A stretch of 64,000 bases of DNA. Origin: Myxococcales bacterium. GTDB lineage: Bacteria > Myxococcota_A > UBA9042 > JABWCM01 > BTVJ01. Both the position numbers and the translations under genes were made by a program. The notes below the pieces were generated by a model. The model did no database searches. It saw only the letters and a program-made list of their open reading frames with translations, and was not told the origin of the DNA. The DNA is taken from NCBI GenBank assembly GCA_045863395.1, contig BTVJ01000001.1:128001-192000 (forward strand), in the 5' to 3' direction. Shown here in pieces: positions 61,111-64,000 of this stretch. Numbering within the stretch: position 1 is the stretch's first letter; each line of letters begins with the position of its first letter.

Positions 61111-62532
61111 TCAAGGCGAGACCGTGACCAGCGGGCGGAGCTGCTCCATGGTCTTCTCGCCAATGCCCTTCACGCTGCGGAGCTGATCCACAGAGGAGAA
61201 ACGGCCGGCCTGTGCGCGGAACGCGAGGATGGCGCGCGCCTTGGCCGGCCCGATGCCCGGGAGGCTCGTCAGCTCGCTCTCGGTCGCCGTGTTGAGGTCC
61301 ACGAGCCCGCTGGCGCTGGCCTTGGGCGCCTTGGGCGCGGCGCCCTCCGCCGGGCGGGTCTCTGCGCCGGGAGCGGCACCGCCGCCGCCTTGCACGCCGC
61401 CGCCGATGCTCACCATCGGTCGGATCGCCTCCATGGTCTTGGCGCCGATGCCCTTCACCTTGGTCAGATCGTCGACGGAGCGGAAGGGCCCGTTGGCCGC
61501 CCTGTGGGCCACGATGGCCGCGGCCTTGGACTTGCCGATTCCAGGCAGCTTCGTCAGCTCGGACTCCGACGCGGTGTTGATGTCGATGCCCCCACCGTCG
61601 GCGACGGGCGGCGATGGCGTGCCAGCGCCGGAGGCCGGCCTGGCCCCCGGATGGGCGGCGACCAGGGACCAGGACTTGCCGTCGGTCTGGAGCACGACCT
61701 CCCCGTCCGTATCGGTCCGCAACACCGCGATGCCCGCCTTCTCGAGCTTCCGCAAGGTCGGAGGCGCGGGGTGACCATAGCGGTTGCCTGCGCCGACGCT
61801 GATCACGGCGGCCGCAGGATGCACCGCGTCGAGGAACGCTGCGGTCGTGGAGTGCTCGCTGCCGTGGTGCGCGACCTTGAGCACCTCGCACTGGAGCGGG
61901 ACGTCCTGCGTCCCGAGCACGCGGGCCTCGGTCTCCGCCTCCGCGTCGCCGGTCAGCATCACGTCGACGTCACCAGCGCTCAGCTTGATGACGAAGGAGT
62001 TGGCGTTGGGATCGGACCGTGTCCCGGCCAGCAGCGGGTCCTCGGGAGAGAGGAACTGGAGCTCCGCGTGGGCCCCGAGCCGCACCTTGAACCCCCGCCG
62101 CGGCTGACGGTAGCGGACCGCCTTCTTCTCGATGGTCTCCAGCAGGGCCGCGTACATGGCCGTAGTGTGGGCAAAGCCCGGGTCGAGCACGAGCTTCACG
62201 GGGAAGGTCTCGACCAGCACCTTGGCGCCACCGATGTGGTCCGCGTGTGCGTGGGTCAGGATGAGCGCATCCAGCGCGGTGATCCCCAGCGCGCGCATCC
62301 GATCGATCATGGCGCCACGCGCCTCCGGGGGCCCAGCATCGACCATGACGGCCTTGTCGTCGGCCGTGCGGATGAGGAAAGCATCCCCTTGCCCGATGTC
62401 GAGGAAGTGGACCGTAACGGTCGGGCTCTTGACCGTCTCGACGCGCGGCGCGAGCGGCGCGGCAAGCCCGAGCCCGGTCAGCATCAGGGTGGTGGCGGCA
62501 ATCAGGCCCAGGACACGGCTCAGCTTGTGCAT
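61111..62532 (-). CDS. Secreted ComEC/Rec2-type metallo-beta-lactamase-fold nuclease fused to two ComEA-type helix-hairpin-helix domains
   Basis: FLDIGQGDA, THAHADHIGG, TGDAE, KVAHHGS, NRYGHP, RTD..G; two INTA...L..LPGIG...A.AI...F.SVD.L..VKGIG domains. Confidence 0.9.
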   Translation of the reverse strand: MHKLSRVLGLIAATTLMLTGLGLAAPLAPRVETVKSPTVTVHFLDIGQGDAFLIRTADDKAVMVDAGPPEARGAMIDRMRALGITALDALILTHAHADHIGGAKVLVETFPVKLVLDPGFAHTTAMYAALLETIEKKAVRYRQPRRGFKVRLGAHAELQFLSPEDPLLAGTRSDPNANSFVIKLSAGDVDVMLTGDAEAETEARVLGTQDVPLQCEVLKVAHHGSEHSTTAAFLDAVHPAAAVISVGAGNRYGHPAPPTLRKLEKAGIAVLRTDTDGEVVLQTDGKSWSLVAAHPGARPASGAGTPSPPVADGGGIDINTASESELTKLPGIGKSKAAAIVAHRAANGPFRSVDDLTKVKGIGAKTMEAIRPMVSIGGGVQGGGGAAPGAETRPAEGAAPKAPKASASGLVDLNTATESELTSLPGIGPAKARAILAFRAQAGRFSSVDQLRSVKGIGEKTMEQLRPLVTVSP

Positions 62533-62626
62533 CGGCGCTCTCCGCGTAAATGCGGCATCTGCCAGCGCGGAGTCACCGACGCCAGCGTGAGCCGGTTCGC
62601 GGCCGCCGCTTGGGCCGCGGCCGGCG

Positions 62627-64000
62627 TCAGGGTGCGGAGTCGAGCACGAGCCGCGGAGCCCGCGCACGCAGCTCGGGGTGGCTCGGAAACCGGGCGCTCA
62701 GCTCCCGAAACAGGGTGGTGGCTTCACCGTCGAACCCCTGCTCGATATAGAAGTCGAGTTCACGCAGCTCCTCGCGAAGATCCGCCCCCTCGACCGCCGC
62801 AGCAAGCAGCTCGGCCGACACGCGGGGATCGACCATGGTCGCCTCGTCCTCCGCGGAGCCGATGTCCTGCTCCTGGTCGTCTGCCTCGAAGGGAAGCTCG
62901 TGCGGGCGCGCGTCCGCCTCCAAGGTGGCAGACGAGATCACCTCCGCAGGGTCGGCCCCGGACGACGTGCTGTCCTTGCGGATGATGACGGGCGCTCCAT
63001 GCTCGTCCGCCTCGAAGGGCAGCTCTCCTTCGTCCACTTCGTCGTCGCTCGGTGCTGCTCGACGCGCCTGCGCGGCCAGTGGGCGAACGCCGCTGTCCGG
63101 GGGACGGGGCACCAGGCGAAGTCGCGGCGGAACGAGCGGAGGCGGTGCCGCCGCCGTGTCCTCCTCGAGGCCGAAGCCTGGCTCCTCGTCGGGGTCGATC
63201 TCCTCGACGTCGACCTCCCCGGACGGCTCGTCACCGGGGAGCTCGTCGAACACGATCTCGGTGTTCGTGCCCGCGCCCCTCGTCGCCCGCAGCGCGGCCT
63301 GCGCGTCCCGGTCGTCGGGGTTGAGGTCGAGCACCCGGCCCATCATCTCTTGATACTCGCGGGTCAGCCCGCTCTCCTCGTAGATGTGCGCCAGGTCCTT
63401 GAGCACGGCGATGGCCTTGTGCACCTGCCCGAGCGACTCGAACGCCTCCACGAGCATCTCGAGGACCTCGGTGTCGCGCGGGCGGGCCCGGAAGCAGGTG
63501 TGCAGCCGCGGCAGGGCCCACTGCGGGAGGTCACGCTTCAGGTAGCCCTGGGCGAGCTCCTTGCAGATGTCGAAGTCGTCCCGACGGTGGTAGAGCAGGC
63601 GCTCGCCGACCTTCAGGGCGTCGTCGATCAGGCCGCGCTGCCTCATGGCCGCGAAGACCTGGCGGAACTGGGTCACGGCCTCCTCGATGCGGCCCGCAGC
63701 CGAGTACGCCTCCGCGAGCTTGATCCGGTCCACGAGGTTCTCGGGCTCGAGCTCGAGCATCTTCCGGATGACGTGGAGCTTGTCGAGGGTGCGACCTTGC
63801 TGATCGAGCAGGATCACCGCCTCGTGATACTGGTTGACCGCGTCGGCCAGGCCCAGGTGCTGGTAGGTCTGGGCCAGGAGCAGGTGCACGTCCGGGAGCT
63901 TCGGATCAATCTTGAGGATCTGCTTGTAGACGGCGACCGCCTTCAGTAGGAAGCCCTGCTCCGCGTAGTGCTTGGCAACGGTGACGAACACGTCGCAGGC
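62627..64000 (-). CDS. TPR protein resembling the N-terminal region of myxobacterial SgmX, 5'-truncated by window edge
   Basis: VA..Y...GF.LKAVAVYKQILK.DP, L.PEN...RIKLAE.Y, L..CF.A.PRD.E.L..L; acidic linker; E.DFYIEQG...EA helix; frame open to 64000. Confidence 0.72.
   Translation of the reverse strand, partial: ACDVFVTVAKHYAEQGFLLKAVAVYKQILKIDPKLPDVHLLLAQTYQHLGLADAVNQYHEAVILLDQQGRTLDKLHVIRKMLELEPENLVDRIKLAEAYSAAGRIEEAVTQFRQVFAAMRQRGLIDDALKVGERLLYHRRDDFDICKELAQGYLKRDLPQWALPRLHTCFRARPRDTEVLEMLVEAFESLGQVHKAIAVLKDLAHIYEESGLTREYQEMMGRVLDLNPDDRDAQAALRATRGAGTNTEIVFDELPGDEPSGEVDVEEIDPDEEPGFGLEEDTAAAPPPLVPPRLRLVPRPPDSGVRPLAAQARRAAPSDDEVDEGELPFEADEHGAPVIIRKDSTSSGADPAEVISSATLEADARPHELPFEADDQEQDIGSAEDEATMVDPRVSAELLAAAVEGADLREELRELDFYIEQGFDGEATTLFRELSARFPSHPELRARAPRLVLDSAP

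Overview
High-GC (roughly 70% by eye) bacterial chromosomal window of about 50 genes. It is most likely from a myxobacterium or related Myxococcota/deltaproteobacterium, judging by a MYXO-CTERM-type surface protein, an AgmX/PglI-like lipoprotein, a Ser/Thr kinase-TPR cassette, an SgmX-like TPR protein and pilMNOP. Recognisable housekeeping genes are sfsA (partial), mutY, clpS-clpA, pilMNOP without pilQ, nfeD-floA, mmsA and aroC. An anaerobic/redox block holds a 2-hydroxyacyl-CoA dehydratase trio, system II cytochrome c maturation genes, a Zra/Cpx-like sigma-54 two-component system and a NapC/NirT-type multiheme cytochrome. I saw no rRNA, tRNA, CRISPR array or transposase. The best leads are: (1) an unannotated ~145-nt hairpin RNA on the minus strand that begins where a perfect sigma-54 promoter would start it (53.9-54.07 kb); (2) a lipoprotein with gasdermin-like sequence features (13.7-14.5 kb); (3) a sigma-54-driven operon led by a very acidic biotin-carrier-like protein that lacks the biotinylated lysine, divergent from a PLP enzyme/ATP-grasp pair (47-53 kb); (4) a secreted ComEC-type nuclease domain fused to two ComEA domains; (5) a B12-binding-fold protein missing both cobalamin His ligands; (6) several probable leaderless genes. 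All calls come from reading motifs by eye; no searches were run.
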